A DNA stretch of 64,000 bases, taken from contig CAVVKN010000002.1 of assembly GCA_963748825.1 (NCBI GenBank), positions 64,001 through 128,000 of the forward strand, written 5' to 3'. Below are positions 29,275 through 40,939 of this stretch, in pieces. This stretch comes from Methanotrichaceae archaeon. Its GTDB lineage: Archaea; Halobacteriota; Methanosarcinia; Methanotrichales; Methanotrichaceae. The position numbers were made by a program, and so were the translations under genes. Position 1 is the stretch's first letter. Each line of letters starts with the position of its first letter. The notes beneath the pieces are model-generated. The model was given only the letters and a program-made list of their open reading frames with translations, did not search any database and was not told the origin of the DNA.

Positions 29275-31926
29275 CTACATTCGTTTTTCGGGTTTTTTTA
29301 TTATCATATCGGGATAGACCTTAAGTGGTCTACCATCAACGGTTCCAATTTCATAAGCATTTTTATCCCTGTAACGTGACGCATTTAATATTTCATCTAC
29401 TGTTATCCCCCAGAATTTTGCCAATGATTCGAGAACTACCCCACCAATTCCCTCTGCGAAAAATCGTTTACCAAACTCCTCAGCATTATGCTCTTCTAGA
29501 TAGTGAGGTTCTAACCAGATGTAATCCAGAGACCCTACCAAAATACCTTGTAAACCATCCTCTACCGCAATTACATTTGAGTTTAAATTAACTAATTTGT
29601 ATTTTTTTATTTCTTCCATCAATTCAAGTCGATCTATGATAAAAATCTCATCTTGGGAACCATGAAATTCAATTATTTGCTGAGAATTTATCCAGCCATG
29701 TGCATCATAAGCCACTGTAAGAGTTCCAATATCGCCGTTTAATTTTCTTATTATTAAAGATAGTGATGCTTGATCCTCTTGATTTTTGATCTTATCAAAA
29801 ATTAATTTAGCTTGTTCGGATGCCCATTTAGCCATATTTACTTTATCTGCAATTGGAATTGCTGAATCTCTTGATAATTTTGTTGTGTTGCCAATAAAAA
29901 TGCCCGCTAATCCATGTAAATCTGCAGCTCGCAAGCCGCCTACAGTGACAACACCTGATAAATATCTTCCAAATATTCGCATCATGTCTGAAGAGATACA
30001 ACCACGCGCAATAATATTTCCTGATTGATCATGCATTGTGCGCAAGTTATTTTTCATCAAATTGATAATATCTATTTTATTGGATCTTTTTTTGCTAAAC
30101 TCCGCAAATAACCAAACCCTCTCAAGAAATTTTTCCGGATCAAGATCTACCCAATCCGATGAGCGGATAACTAATCTTCGCTCACAATTCTCGTTTTCTA
30201 CAAATATATTAACATCTATGCTTGGACAAAGCCAAGTGCACAAATCCTCAAGAGAGCAAGCTGAACAACTTCGTTCAAGAGGAAATCGGGATATCATCGA
30301 TTTTAACGGATTTTTAAGCCATACGCGAACTCGTGTTCCGCCATCTCGAAGGATTTCAGAAGTTGTTGCTTTTCTCAATATAGGTCGTGAGCTTAGGCCA
30401 CAATCGAATTCTAATACTTGTGTATCGCGCTGAGCTGCATCGTATCGACGTGTGGTCACGGATATATGATCCCCCCACATGAATGCGGAGAAAAATCCTA
30501 TGCCAAACTTTCCGGTGCATTGGAGACCTTTAGACAACAACCCTGGAAATTCATTTATCATTAAGGTTGATCCCCAATAAGAACTGCCAAAATCTAATAA
30601 AGGCCCTGTCAGCACTTCTGTGGACATTCCTATGCCAGTATCCTCGATTTCTATCCAATCGCCTTCAGAATCCCTTCCCGTTCGGATACAAATATCACCC
30701 CAATCATTTGGACGTTCTTCAACTATCCTGCGAGTCCGAATTGCATCAGATCCATTCTGTATTAGTTCTCTAAGTGGAACTGTGAAATCTGGCCCATACA
30801 GATCTTCGCCACCAAATTTTTTAATAAGTTCTGGGACATCAGTAATTTTTATTCTTGCATCAATTGGAATCCAATTTTCGGTAGGGATTTGTTCTGCCAT
30901 CCTTATCGCGTCATTCACATTAGCTACTCCGCGAGCTGCAAATCGCTGTCGTCCTGAATCAGATAGAAGAGAATCAACTTGACTTAATTCGCGATCTATC
31001 ATGGTCAACGTATCAAAGCAAAGCCACCAAGAAGATGCTTCATTATTTGGAAATCTCGAACCAGATGTGAATACCAAGCGATCATTTTTAAGTAATGGTT
31101 GATGTAGATGGTCTTGAAAAACCCAGTGATCTCTTGAGCCTTGACTAGGTCTCCGAATGGATCTGAGGTAACATGGAGCCCTACTTGAATCTACATGACT
31201 AGCATCAGCAACCCTTAGCAGACATGCAAGTTTTAGGGGATCGATTTCCCATTCTTGAGGATATGGATGAAATGATCCAATTTTGCTTGGAAAACTCTCT
31301 TTTAGTTTCGAAACTGGCCACCAATGACTTTGTGCAAGCTTTCCAATAATGGGGCCATATTTATCGCGAAGTTCTACATTCTCTATTAAATGATACTCGT
31401 GATCATTTTCTTTCCATGAAATAAGGCATAGGCATTCTGCATATTTTGCATGTAAATTTCGCAATATTTGCTCTTTAGTCTTGAGAATGACTTCGTTATC
31501 CGCTTTTTGGATTTTGTCTCTATTCGGGATATGACCGATTTCATCCTTTAATATGGATGCTATAGTGTCACTCCAATTCGGTTCTCTACGCAGCTGATCA
31601 ATACCCTCTGGATAGGCTGCCAAACCCAAGCCCAAATCATGGATCAAGAAAGATCCACCTAGAACAAAGGCCTCCATCGGATTTAGCTCAAAATCATTTC
31701 CAGCAATTAAATCAGCAAGCTTCCATAATTTATCAAAATGGCTTGAATCATGAATTGTAAAGTCAGGCAAATCTCGCGCAATCTCATTTGCTAGTAAATT
31801 TGCATGTTTTCTAAATTCTCTATATTCATTCCTGAGTGATTCATAATGTATATAATATTTATCATCGTGATTATTTATTTTGCCTAACGATTTTTTCCAA
31901 ATGCCGGTTTCTTCATATTCAGACAT
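29275..31926 (-). CDS. HD-domain (HD-CE type) + HSP90-like GHKL ATPase fusion protein
   Basis: FTIHD..H, IHDLG, SHW, LLRVAD (HD domain); LRELIQNGSDA, IEDTGIGMS, GKFGIGFFS, GGTRV (GHKL boxes); visibly AT-rich. Confidence 0.85.
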   Translation of the reverse strand: MSEYEETGIWKKSLGKINNHDDKYYIHYESLRNEYREFRKHANLLANEIARDLPDFTIHDSSHFDKLWKLADLIAGNDFELNPMEAFVLGGSFLIHDLGLGLAAYPEGIDQLRREPNWSDTIASILKDEIGHIPNRDKIQKADNEVILKTKEQILRNLHAKYAECLCLISWKENDHEYHLIENVELRDKYGPIIGKLAQSHWWPVSKLKESFPSKIGSFHPYPQEWEIDPLKLACLLRVADASHVDSSRAPCYLRSIRRPSQGSRDHWVFQDHLHQPLLKNDRLVFTSGSRFPNNEASSWWLCFDTLTMIDRELSQVDSLLSDSGRQRFAARGVANVNDAIRMAEQIPTENWIPIDARIKITDVPELIKKFGGEDLYGPDFTVPLRELIQNGSDAIRTRRIVEERPNDWGDICIRTGRDSEGDWIEIEDTGIGMSTEVLTGPLLDFGSSYWGSTLMINEFPGLLSKGLQCTGKFGIGFFSAFMWGDHISVTTRRYDAAQRDTQVLEFDCGLSSRPILRKATTSEILRDGGTRVRVWLKNPLKSMISRFPLERSCSACSLEDLCTWLCPSIDVNIFVENENCERRLVIRSSDWVDLDPEKFLERVWLFAEFSKKRSNKIDIINLMKNNLRTMHDQSGNIIARGCISSDMMRIFGRYLSGVVTVGGLRAADLHGLAGIFIGNTTKLSRDSAIPIADKVNMAKWASEQAKLIFDKIKNQEDQASLSLIIRKLNGDIGTLTVAYDAHGWINSQQIIEFHGSQDEIFIIDRLELMEEIKKYKLVNLNSNVIAVEDGLQGILVGSLDYIWLEPHYLEEHNAEEFGKRFFAEGIGGVVLESLAKFWGITVDEILNASRYRDKNAYEIGTVDGRPLKVYPDMIIKKPEKRM

Positions 31927-32029
31927 CTAAGCATCCATTGTATAATTAGGTATTAAATAGAGTATCGCATCATTTCAAAATCTTAAATGTTTTCTACAAC
32001 GGAAGGATATCCGTTAGAGTTTTCTAAGG

Positions 32030-34174
32030 TTATCCTTTCATCGACAGCGATATTCTCTTCCTCTCCAGATCCACATCCAGCACCTTGACGGTGACCTTCT
32101 GCCTGGCTTTCACCACGTCGGTTGGATTCTTCACATAGCCATCCCGAAGCTGGCTGATGTGCACCAGCCCATCCTGATGTACACCAATGTCCACGAAGGC
32201 CCCGAAGGCAGTGACATTGGTCACAAGCCCTGGCAGCTTCATGCCGACCTTGAGATCCTCCATTTTCTCGATTCCCGGAGCAAAGCTGAAGGCCTCAAAC
32301 TCCGCTCTGGGATCGCGGCCCGGCCGGGACAGCTCCTCCAAAATGTCCTGCAGCGTGGCGGCGCCCGCTTTCTCGCTGATGTACTTCTTGGGGTCCAGCT
32401 TTTTCAGGAGGCTTTCATTATGCATCATCTCTTTTACGCTGACGCCTAAATCGCCCGCCATCTTCTCCACCAGAGGATAGCTCTCCGGATGCACAGCCGT
32501 GCCGTCCAGGGGATTGTCGCTCTCACGAATGCGCAAAAATCCCGCCGCCTGCTCGAAGGCCTTGGGCCCCAGGCGCGGCACTTTGTGCAGATCCTGGCGC
32601 GAGCAAAAGAGACCGTGCTCATTCCTGTACTTCACCACCGCCTCGGCCAACTTCGGGCCGAGACCGGAGACATAGGCCAGAAGCTCCCGGCTGGCGGCAT
32701 TTACATCCACTCCCACCAGGTTTACGCAGGAGGAGACCACATCGTCCAATGCGCGCCTCAGCGCGGGCTGGTCCACGTCATGCTGATACTGTCCCACGCC
32801 GATAGCATTGGGCTCGATTTTTACCAGCTCCGCCAGTGGGTCCATGAGCCGCCGCCCAATGGAGACTGTACCGCGCACGGTGGCATCCTCATGGGGAAAC
32901 TCCTGCCGGGCGACTTCCGACGTAGAATAAACCGATGCCCCGGATTCATTGACCATCATGATTGCCGGCTTTAGCCGGAGGCTCTGCAAGAAGGCCTGTG
33001 TCTCTCTGCCCGCGGTGCCGTTACCAACCGCAATCACCTCGATGTCTTTTTCCCTGCAAATCTCCTGCACTTTGACGGCAGCCTCCTCCCTCCTCTTCTG
33101 AGTATCATGTGGGTAGATCACATGGCTCTCTTGCAGCCGGCCCAATCTGTCGAGCACGGCCAGCTTGCAGCCGGTGCGCAGGCCCGGGTCCACGGCCAGG
33201 ACGCACTTTTGTCCGAGAGGCGGGTCCAAGAGAACCTGGCGCAGGTTTTCGGAAAAGACCTCGATGGCCTTCTCCTCGGCATGGGCGCGTGCTGCCGCTA
33301 GCGTCTCATTTTCCATGGAGGGGGCGAGGAGACGACGGTAGCCGTCCTCTGCCGCCTGCATCACCTGATCTGCCGCCGGACAATTTCTTTTTATGAAGAG
33401 CTCCTCTAAAACCGCCAGCCCGTCCTCCTCCGCCGGGGCCACGTGCAGGCTAAGCGCGCCCGTTCGCGCTCCTCGCAGCATGGCCAGGAGCCTGTGCGGG
33501 CTTGCCCGAGCGAGGGCTTCGGAAAAGTCCAGATAGTCCCTGAATTTTGCGTCGTCTTTCGCATCAGACGATTCTCCTTTTCCGGCAACTGCCACAGACC
33601 GGAGTAAGCCCTGCGATTGATAGAGCCGCCTCATTCTGCTTCGCGCCTCGGCATCCTCGCTCATCCACTCGGCCATGATGTCCCTCGCCCCGGCCAGGGC
33701 TTCCTCTGCAGAGGCGACCCCCTTCTCGGCATCCACAAAGGACAATGCCTCTTTCTCCGGGTCTAGGCCGCCAAGGTCCTGAGCAAAGATCCTCTTGGCC
33801 AGCGGCTCCAGGCCGCGCTCTTTCGCTGCAGTGGCCCGGGTCTTCCTCTTGGGCCGGAAGGGAAGGTAAATATCTTCCAGCATGGCCAGGGTGTCGGCTG
33901 CCTGCAGCTTCGCTTGCAGATCCGGTGTGAGCAGCTCTCGTTTGGCCAGAGAATGAAGAATGGCGTCTCTTCTCTCTTCGAGCTGCCGATTTTTGTAGAG
34001 TTGATCACGAATCCTGGAAATCGCTACTTCATCCAGATTTCCTGTGGCCTCTTTTCGGTATCTGGCAATGAAGGGAAGCGTTGCGCCGCCATCCAGCAAC
34101 TCAGCGGTGGCCTGGACCTCTCTCTCGCCCAGTGATAACTGCAAAGCCACCTTTTTAATTTGAGGATCGGACAT
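32030..34174 (-). CDS. tex: Tex-family RNA-binding transcription accessory protein
   Basis: PFIARYRKE.TG, DPGLRTGCK, IAVGNGTAGRET, IGVGQYQHDV, C-terminal S1 domain. Confidence 0.95.
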   Translation of the reverse strand: MSDPQIKKVALQLSLGEREVQATAELLDGGATLPFIARYRKEATGNLDEVAISRIRDQLYKNRQLEERRDAILHSLAKRELLTPDLQAKLQAADTLAMLEDIYLPFRPKRKTRATAAKERGLEPLAKRIFAQDLGGLDPEKEALSFVDAEKGVASAEEALAGARDIMAEWMSEDAEARSRMRRLYQSQGLLRSVAVAGKGESSDAKDDAKFRDYLDFSEALARASPHRLLAMLRGARTGALSLHVAPAEEDGLAVLEELFIKRNCPAADQVMQAAEDGYRRLLAPSMENETLAAARAHAEEKAIEVFSENLRQVLLDPPLGQKCVLAVDPGLRTGCKLAVLDRLGRLQESHVIYPHDTQKRREEAAVKVQEICREKDIEVIAVGNGTAGRETQAFLQSLRLKPAIMMVNESGASVYSTSEVARQEFPHEDATVRGTVSIGRRLMDPLAELVKIEPNAIGVGQYQHDVDQPALRRALDDVVSSCVNLVGVDVNAASRELLAYVSGLGPKLAEAVVKYRNEHGLFCSRQDLHKVPRLGPKAFEQAAGFLRIRESDNPLDGTAVHPESYPLVEKMAGDLGVSVKEMMHNESLLKKLDPKKYISEKAGAATLQDILEELSRPGRDPRAEFEAFSFAPGIEKMEDLKVGMKLPGLVTNVTAFGAFVDIGVHQDGLVHISQLRDGYVKNPTDVVKARQKVTVKVLDVDLERKRISLSMKG

Positions 34175-34316
34175 ATCGCATCCTTCTTGGAATGCAGAGA
34201 TCATTAATGCTTGGGCGATTAATGCCCGAAATTTTTAAAATAAAATTCTCACAATTTATTTTATCGAAACCTTTACCTACCCCCACGCCGTTCTTTCCTC
34301 CATCAGGTGACCCCTA

Positions 34317-36182
34317 TTGCAATTACTCTTAATCCACTCTGATTTCATTGAGTTCGAGGCCAAAAAGCCTACGAAGATGGCGGAAGAGATCGAAGACTCG
34401 GCCAAGAAAGGCCGGCTGGAAGAGGCACTCTGCGCCTTTATAGCCGTAGAGAAGTTTGACGAGGACGACCCGGATGCCGTCATAGCCGAAGGCGTCAAGC
34501 AGATCGCTGACGTAGCTGGCCAGGTGCACGCCGCCCGGATCATGCTCTATCCCTACGCGCACCTCAGCAGTCAGCTCTCCACTCCCGCGACGGCCATCAG
34601 AATCCTCAAAGGCATGCATGAGACCCTTTCCGCCAACTACGAGGTAATGCGCGCTCCTTTCGGCTGGTACAAGGCCTTTACCATCAGCTGCAAGGGCCAT
34701 CCGCTCTCTGAGCTGTCCCGTTCCATCCGGCTCGGAGAAGGCGAGGTGGTCTCCGAAGCCCTCAAGTCCGAGGCCAAGGCCGTCTCCTACTGGAAGGTGC
34801 TCGACTTAGAAGGCAACCTGATTGATGCCGACAAGTTCGACTTCACGGACCACGAAAACCTCAAGAAGTTCACCAACTACGAGATCTCCAAGGCCAGAGC
34901 CGTGGACAAGGTCCCGCCCCACGTGGAGCTGATGAGGCGCTTGGAGCTCGTGGACTACGAGCCCGGCTCCGATCCAGGCAACATGCGCTTCTATCCCAAG
35001 GGCAGGCTCATCAAATCGCTGCTGGAAAACTATGTACTTGACAGGGCCTCGGATATGGGCGCCATGGAGGTGGAGACGCCCATCATGTACGACATGGAGC
35101 ACCCCACCCTCAAGAAGTACCTGGACAGATTCCCGGCCCGGCAGTACCAGATCGATTCCGATAAGAAGAAGCTCTTCCTGAGATTCGCGGCCTGCTTCGG
35201 CCAGTTTCTCATGGGCCACGACATGACCATCTCCTACAAGGCCATGCCCCTTAAAATGTTCGAGATCACCCGATACTCCTTCCGGCGCGAACAACGGGGA
35301 GAGCTGGTAGGCATCCGCCGCCTGAGAGCTTTTACCATGCCCGATATGCACACCCTGGCCCGCGATATGAATTCCGCCATGGAGGAATTCAGAAAGCAGT
35401 ACCTGGCCAGCATCTCCGTCCTGAGCGAGGTGGGCATCGATCTGGCCGACTACGAGGTGGCCATCCGCTTCACCAAAGACTTCTATAACGAGAACCGCCA
35501 GTTTATCGAGGGCCTGGTAGACATCGTCAAGAAGCCCGTTCTTATTGAGATGTGGGATGAGAGGTTCTTTTACTTCGTGCTCAAGTTCGAGTTCAACTTC
35601 GTGGACACCCTGGACAAGGCCAGCGCCCTGGCCACCGTGCAGATCGATGTGGAGAACGCGGAGCGCTACGACATCACCTACATCGATGAGGCAGGAGAGA
35701 AACAGCAGCCCATTCTCTTGCACTGCTCCCCATCCGGGGCCATCGAGAGGGTCATGTACGCCCTCCTGGAGAAGGCGGCCCGCCTCTCCGAGGAAGGCAA
35801 GCTTCCCATGCTGCAGACCTGGCTGTCGCCCACGCAGGTCAGGATCATACCCGTGGCGGAGAGGCACCAGGCCCGCGCCCTGGAGATCGCCACGGAGCTC
35901 GGTTTCCGGACGGACATCGACGAGCGCGACGAGACGGTGAGCAAGAAGATTCGTGATGCAGGCCGCGAATGGATTCCCTACGTAGTGGTGATCGGGGACG
36001 AGGAGCTGGAATCCGGCAAGCTCTCCGTTACTATTCGCTCCGAATCCACGCCCAAGTCTCCAGCCAAGTCCAAGATGACTGTGGAATACCTGCGCCGAAG
36101 AGTCACTGCCGAGACCGCTGGCAAGCCCTGGCGCAGATTGCCGCTGCCCATGAAGCTCACCGAGCGGCCCAAGTTCATTTAA
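34317..36182 (+). CDS. thrS: Threonyl-tRNA synthetase, archaeal type
   Basis: MQLLLIHSD editing domain, [45 protein letters not shown]. Confidence 0.97.
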   Translation: MQLLLIHSDFIEFEAKKPTKMAEEIEDSAKKGRLEEALCAFIAVEKFDEDDPDAVIAEGVKQIADVAGQVHAARIMLYPYAHLSSQLSTPATAIRILKGMHETLSANYEVMRAPFGWYKAFTISCKGHPLSELSRSIRLGEGEVVSEALKSEAKAVSYWKVLDLEGNLIDADKFDFTDHENLKKFTNYEISKARAVDKVPPHVELMRRLELVDYEPGSDPGNMRFYPKGRLIKSLLENYVLDRASDMGAMEVETPIMYDMEHPTLKKYLDRFPARQYQIDSDKKKLFLRFAACFGQFLMGHDMTISYKAMPLKMFEITRYSFRREQRGELVGIRRLRAFTMPDMHTLARDMNSAMEEFRKQYLASISVLSEVGIDLADYEVAIRFTKDFYNENRQFIEGLVDIVKKPVLIEMWDERFFYFVLKFEFNFVDTLDKASALATVQIDVENAERYDITYIDEAGEKQQPILLHCSPSGAIERVMYALLEKAARLSEEGKLPMLQTWLSPTQVRIIPVAERHQARALEIATELGFRTDIDERDETVSKKIRDAGREWIPYVVVIGDEELESGKLSVTIRSESTPKSPAKSKMTVEYLRRRVTAETAGKPWRRLPLPMKLTERPKFI

Positions 36183-36500
36183 GAAAGAACAGGCAAAGAG
36201 TCGCAGGCGCGCCAGGCCAGTGCTTGTGGCTTTGATCTCTTTTTTTCATCAATCCAATTTCCGTCAACTCACGTTTTATGCCAGAGTTTGGAGGTAATAG
36301 AAGATGGTTTCACTTACCGGACTGATTATTGCGTAATTATCTTAGGCCTGGCCACATTCATACTGCCTGAAGCCCTCAACAGGTTCGCAGACTCTCGAAG
36401 CCAGCCCAGATAAGGGAAATCCGATTAAAGTAATCCATTTTTCGACCTCTTTTTGTTTAGCGAATTTAATTTTTATCCTTGGATTACTATCGATTTAAAT

Positions 36501-37640
36501 TTACGGCTCCGCCATTGGGTATCTGTCCACTCCCGGCCCACCCGGAACGTAGAAGATCCGTCCTAAATCGCTGTAGTGGTTGCCCACCAGGCCGTTGTCC
36601 CAGCGGTTGCTCTGGCCCATGTCATAGGCATTGTAACCATTGCCGACGAGATGGTTGGAAAAGAGCAGATTCCAGCCGGAGGAGAAAGATAGATAGATAC
36701 CGTATCCGTTCTCTTTCACGGTATTATTTTGCAGAGTATTATTGCTGCTGTGACCCGCTAGCTGCAATCCTTTCTCATTGAATGAAACGCTGTTGCCTTG
36801 CAGTGTGTTGTCATTGCTATCATATGAGAGGTAAATGCCCCGAGAATTGTCCGATGCCGTGTTTTCCCGGATGACGTTTCCTCGTGAACTGTCCAGATAT
36901 ATCCCCGCGTCCCTATTTCGGAATGCATTATTCTTTTCTATCAGATTTTGGTTGCTGGACTCTGATAAGGATATGCCATACCAATCGTTGTAGCTGATGC
37001 TATTGCCCCGCAGCGTGTTATTGCTTGCCGATCGCAGCGATAGGGATGAGTCGCCGTTGTTCATCAGATCATTATACTGAATGACGTTGTCTTGGGAATA
37101 GGCGAGAAAGATGCCGCAATCGCTCTCTTCATTGATGTTGTTATCCCGGACAGCATTTTTGGAAATAGTATTTCGCTCTGAGACATAGAGGGTGATGCCA
37201 TTGGTGTTGTTGTTTATATCATTGGAGGCGATGAAGTTGGAGCGGGAATGATCCAGACGAATTCCATCCAGGCACCCACTAATAGTATTATTCTCTATAA
37301 TATTATTTTCTGAAAGGACATGGATGCCTGTACGGCGCGTGGTTCTAATGTCAAATCCCGATATACTTGCCCCGTCGGCTCGAAGGATTATTGCACTGTT
37401 CATTGCGCCTGCATCCAGCAGAGGACGACCGATGCCCAACAGAATGATCGGTTTGCTTATGTTCAGGCTCTCTCGATAAACCCCGCTCTGAACAGATATG
37501 GTATCTCCGGAATTTGCCCCATTTACAGCGGCCTGAATGCTCTCTCCGGGGCTGACATTAATTGCAGCCGCCGGGGCCATTGACGACAGAAAGATGATGG
37601 CTACAGCCAGCACTGTTAGATGCTCTCCTCTATGCTTCAT
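36501..37640 (-). CDS. Secreted NosD/CASH parallel beta-helix protein
   Basis: Signal peptide, SIQAAVN..GDTI.V..GVY.E, many GIxLxxSxNN repeats, terminal DRYP. Confidence 0.85.
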   Translation of the reverse strand: MKHRGEHLTVLAVAIIFLSSMAPAAAINVSPGESIQAAVNGANSGDTISVQSGVYRESLNISKPIILLGIGRPLLDAGAMNSAIILRADGASISGFDIRTTRRTGIHVLSENNIIENNTISGCLDGIRLDHSRSNFIASNDINNNTNGITLYVSERNTISKNAVRDNNINEESDCGIFLAYSQDNVIQYNDLMNNGDSSLSLRSASNNTLRGNSISYNDWYGISLSESSNQNLIEKNNAFRNRDAGIYLDSSRGNVIRENTASDNSRGIYLSYDSNDNTLQGNSVSFNEKGLQLAGHSSNNTLQNNTVKENGYGIYLSFSSGWNLLFSNHLVGNGYNAYDMGQSNRWDNGLVGNHYSDLGRIFYVPGGPGVDRYPMAEP

Positions 37641-37889
37641 TGCCTTTCCCAGATACTACTATGGTTTTCTAATTTAAAAACTTGCCTTTAGAAGTGCATC
37701 TTCCGAAGAGCTTATCCTGAAGAACTAATCAGGAAATCGCTTTGAAAAAGTAACTGTAGCTAAATCGCAGAGGCTGCAATCCATTTCATAATCAGAGGAG
37801 AGTAGATCACTAACATGATCGGTAGATTCCAGATCCCAGCCACCAAAGATCTATTAAGAAAAAAAGCACAATTAATAGTGGAGATTGAT

Positions 37890-38246
37890 ATGTCTGCTAT
37901 AGTTCATTTCGAGATTCCCTATGATGAAGCGGAAAGGGCCAAGAAATTCTACACGGAGCTTTTCGGTTGGAAGGTTGAGGCTTTTGCTCCTGGAATGGAT
38001 TACTGGATGATCCAAACCCAGGATGGAACAGGTGGCGGCTTGATGAAGCGCCAGCATCCAGATCATAAGATCACCGACTACTTTGGAGTCCCTTCCCTCC
38101 TGGAGTCTTCCGCCAAGGTAGAGAAGCTGGGTGGCAAGATTCTCATGCCCAAGATGGCCGTTCCCAAGATGGGCTACTTTGCAGTCTGCATGGACACCGA
38201 GGGAAATGTCTTCGGCCTCTGGGAGGAAGATTCCCTGGCCAAATGA
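37890..38246 (+). CDS. VOC/glyoxalase-family protein
   Basis: IVHFEIP...RAKKFY..LFGW and DTEGNVFGLW. Confidence 0.9.
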   Translation: MSAIVHFEIPYDEAERAKKFYTELFGWKVEAFAPGMDYWMIQTQDGTGGGLMKRQHPDHKITDYFGVPSLLESSAKVEKLGGKILMPKMAVPKMGYFAVCMDTEGNVFGLWEEDSLAK

Positions 38247-38422
38247 AACGGTGTGGGAATTCTTCGGGAGGATGTTGCTGATTTGAGAATGGCACTGCTG
38301 GCTACTGCTTTGCACCATGGCGTATGATTAAAGGCATGGCCAGAGCTGAAAACCTTCTCTGGCCAGAAGAAATTTCTATACGCCCTCAGGCTTTCGGGCT
38401 TATCATATCCCGATTGATATTT

Positions 38423-40939
38423 TTAAGACGTCTCCATGCGGTAGAAAATCTTTTTCACAAGCTCAGCAGCTGCGATGTAAATCCCCACAATAACTGCTAT
38501 TATGACCAGAAAATAAGTTGGTATTTTTGTGAAGCCAAAGGGCTCCGATAGCGGGCTGAATGGCAGGATGAAAGTAAATAGGCCAACCAAAAGTGTCACG
38601 ACTATCAATGAAATGCTTGGTCTGGACGAGAAAAATGGTCTTTTGGTGCGAATGATCAGCACAACAAAGGAGGCCGATACCACCGACTCGATGAACCATC
38701 CGGTTCTGAACTGATCAACAGTTGCATGTAGCAGGAATAACAGCGCTCCAAAGGTCAAGAAGTCAAATAAAGAGCTCAGCAGGCCGAAGGTCACCATGAA
38801 GTTCCTGATGAATCCAATTGACCATCGCCTTGGTTGTGATACCAGTTCTGGGTCCACCCTGTCCCCTGCAATGGTCATCTCCGGAAGGTCGGTCAAGAGG
38901 TTAGTGAGCAGGACCTGTGTGGGAAGAAGGGGCAGGAATGGAAGGAACAGGGAAAGCAGGGCCATGCTGAACATGTTTCCGAAATTGGCGGATGTAGCCA
39001 TGAAGACGTACTTCATAGTGTTGGAGAATGTCTTTCTCCCTTCGATGACACCTTGTTTTAGAACACTAAGGTCTTTTTCCAGGAGGACTATATCGGCAGC
39101 CTCCTTGGCCACATCTGCGGCACTGTCTACAGAGATACCGATATCAGCAGCGTGAAGGGCGGAGGCGTCGTTGATACCATCGCCCATATAACCCACCACG
39201 TTTCCGGTCTTGCGCAGGGCCAGGATAAGTCTCTCCTTCTGGTTTGGCTCCACCTCAGCAAAGACATCAACTTCCGAAACGAGCTTTGAAAGAGCCTCGT
39301 CGCTTTCCCGCCGAATTTCGGGGCCAGTCAGGATTCTTCCTTCAAGCAGCTTTAACTGTTTGCTGATACTTGTTGCCACAAGCCGGTTGTCGCCGGTTAT
39401 TATCTTGAGGCCAATCCCTAATTGGTTCAGGTCGCTAATGGTCTGTGCGATTCCCTCCTTTAGCGGATCGAATAAGACCAGGAATCCCAAGAACGTCATC
39501 TCCGCTTCATCTCTAGCAAGAAGGACGCCGGCCTCAACAGTCTTCTTGGCCAGGCCCAGAACTCGGAATCCCTTCCCGCTAAGCTCCTGGAATCTGGCCT
39601 GGATCTGGTCTTTGACCAAAGAGATATCCACAACTTCCTGGGCCATCATGGCGGAGGTACAGATCTCCAGGACGTTTACCAGGGCCCCCTTGGTAACGAT
39701 AGTGTGTTCGTCGTCATTTGATACCAGAATGCTTAGGCGCTTTCGGACAAAGTCGTAAGGCACCTCATCTAATTTTTTAAATCCGGAAACATCGAGTTTA
39801 CGATAACTGAGGATGGCCTGGTCGATAGGATTGGAAAACCCTGTCTCGAAGAAGGCGTTTACATAGGCCAAGAGAAAAACTCCTTCACTCTCCTCACCTT
39901 CAAGATCCAGAACTGAGTTTAGCTTTACTGTCCCTTCCGTCAGGGTTCCTGTCTTGTCGGTGCATAGAATGTTCATGCTCCCAAAATTTTCAATCGAAGC
40001 CAGACGTTTGACTATGACTTTATGAGTGGCCATTTGCCTGGCTCCGTGGGCCAGATTTATGCTGATAATGGCCGGAAGGAGCTGAGGTGTCAGGCCAACC
40101 GCCAGTGCCAAAGAAAAGAGAAAAGAATCTACAATTGGGCGGGCCAGGTAGACGTTTATGGCAAAAATGGCCACTACCAGAACCATTGTTACCTCTAGAA
40201 GCAGGTAGCCAAAGTGTTTGACACCGTGTTCAAACTCCGTCTCAGGCTCACGGAGCTTGAGTCGCTGAGATACGCGTCCAAACTCAGTATCCGTTCCTGT
40301 ATGGACGACTACAGCCTTGGCAGTCCCGCTGACTACGTTTGTCCCCATAAAAAGGCTATTGGTGCGCTTGCTTAGAGGCGTGTCCTCGTCCAGACTTCCG
40401 GTCATTTTTTCAGCAGGATAAGTCTCCCCGGTAAGTGTCGCCTCGTTGATGAAGAGATCTTTGGACTGGAGGATCCGGGAATCTCCTGGGACGATATCAC
40501 CCGCGTTCAGCACTATAATGTCTCCGGGTACGATATACTCCATCAGGACGTCCTTTTGTATTCCGTCCCTAAGAACGGAGGCTTTGATCTGAATTATGGC
40601 CAGCAGACCGGCTACTGCATCTGCGGCGCTCCTCTCCTGCCAGAAGCCCAGCAGGCCGCTTATGAAAATTATGGCCAGGATAATCGATGCGCTGGTCACT
40701 TGATGGAGATAGAAAGAAAGGCCAGCGGCGAATACTAGCAGCAGAATTATAGGGCTATTGAACTGAGCCAGCAGCAAAAGGATAGAATAAGACTTCTTGC
40801 GGGGCTTTAGCAGGTTAGCACCGTATTGTTTGAGCCTTTTTTGAGCCTCCTTTTCATCCAGCCCCACCTCCTTTGCATCGAGCAATCTGAGCAGTTCTTC
40901 GGGTGAAGCAGACCAAAAGGCGGATAGATCACGGCTCAC
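38423..40939 (-). CDS. mgtA: Mg2+-translocating P-type ATPase
   Basis: LTGE, AVGLTPQLLP, DKTGTLT, PYDFVRKR, GDGIND, SANFGNMFS. Confidence 0.92.
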   Translation of the reverse strand: MSRDLSAFWSASPEELLRLLDAKEVGLDEKEAQKRLKQYGANLLKPRKKSYSILLLLAQFNSPIILLLVFAAGLSFYLHQVTSASIILAIIFISGLLGFWQERSAADAVAGLLAIIQIKASVLRDGIQKDVLMEYIVPGDIIVLNAGDIVPGDSRILQSKDLFINEATLTGETYPAEKMTGSLDEDTPLSKRTNSLFMGTNVVSGTAKAVVVHTGTDTEFGRVSQRLKLREPETEFEHGVKHFGYLLLEVTMVLVVAIFAINVYLARPIVDSFLFSLALAVGLTPQLLPAIISINLAHGARQMATHKVIVKRLASIENFGSMNILCTDKTGTLTEGTVKLNSVLDLEGEESEGVFLLAYVNAFFETGFSNPIDQAILSYRKLDVSGFKKLDEVPYDFVRKRLSILVSNDDEHTIVTKGALVNVLEICTSAMMAQEVVDISLVKDQIQARFQELSGKGFRVLGLAKKTVEAGVLLARDEAEMTFLGFLVLFDPLKEGIAQTISDLNQLGIGLKIITGDNRLVATSISKQLKLLEGRILTGPEIRRESDEALSKLVSEVDVFAEVEPNQKERLILALRKTGNVVGYMGDGINDASALHAADIGISVDSAADVAKEAADIVLLEKDLSVLKQGVIEGRKTFSNTMKYVFMATSANFGNMFSMALLSLFLPFLPLLPTQVLLTNLLTDLPEMTIAGDRVDPELVSQPRRWSIGFIRNFMVTFGLLSSLFDFLTFGALLFLLHATVDQFRTGWFIESVVSASFVVLIIRTKRPFFSSRPSISLIVVTLLVGLFTFILPFSPLSEPFGFTKIPTYFLVIIAVIVGIYIAAAELVKKIFYRMETS

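Noticed and set aside
1093-35867. Long antisense/overlapping ORFs (e.g. 1093-1935, 11153-11893, 21277-22044, 27028-27792, 34806-35867)
   Set aside because: Shadow frames of GC-rich real genes, with no recognisable motifs.
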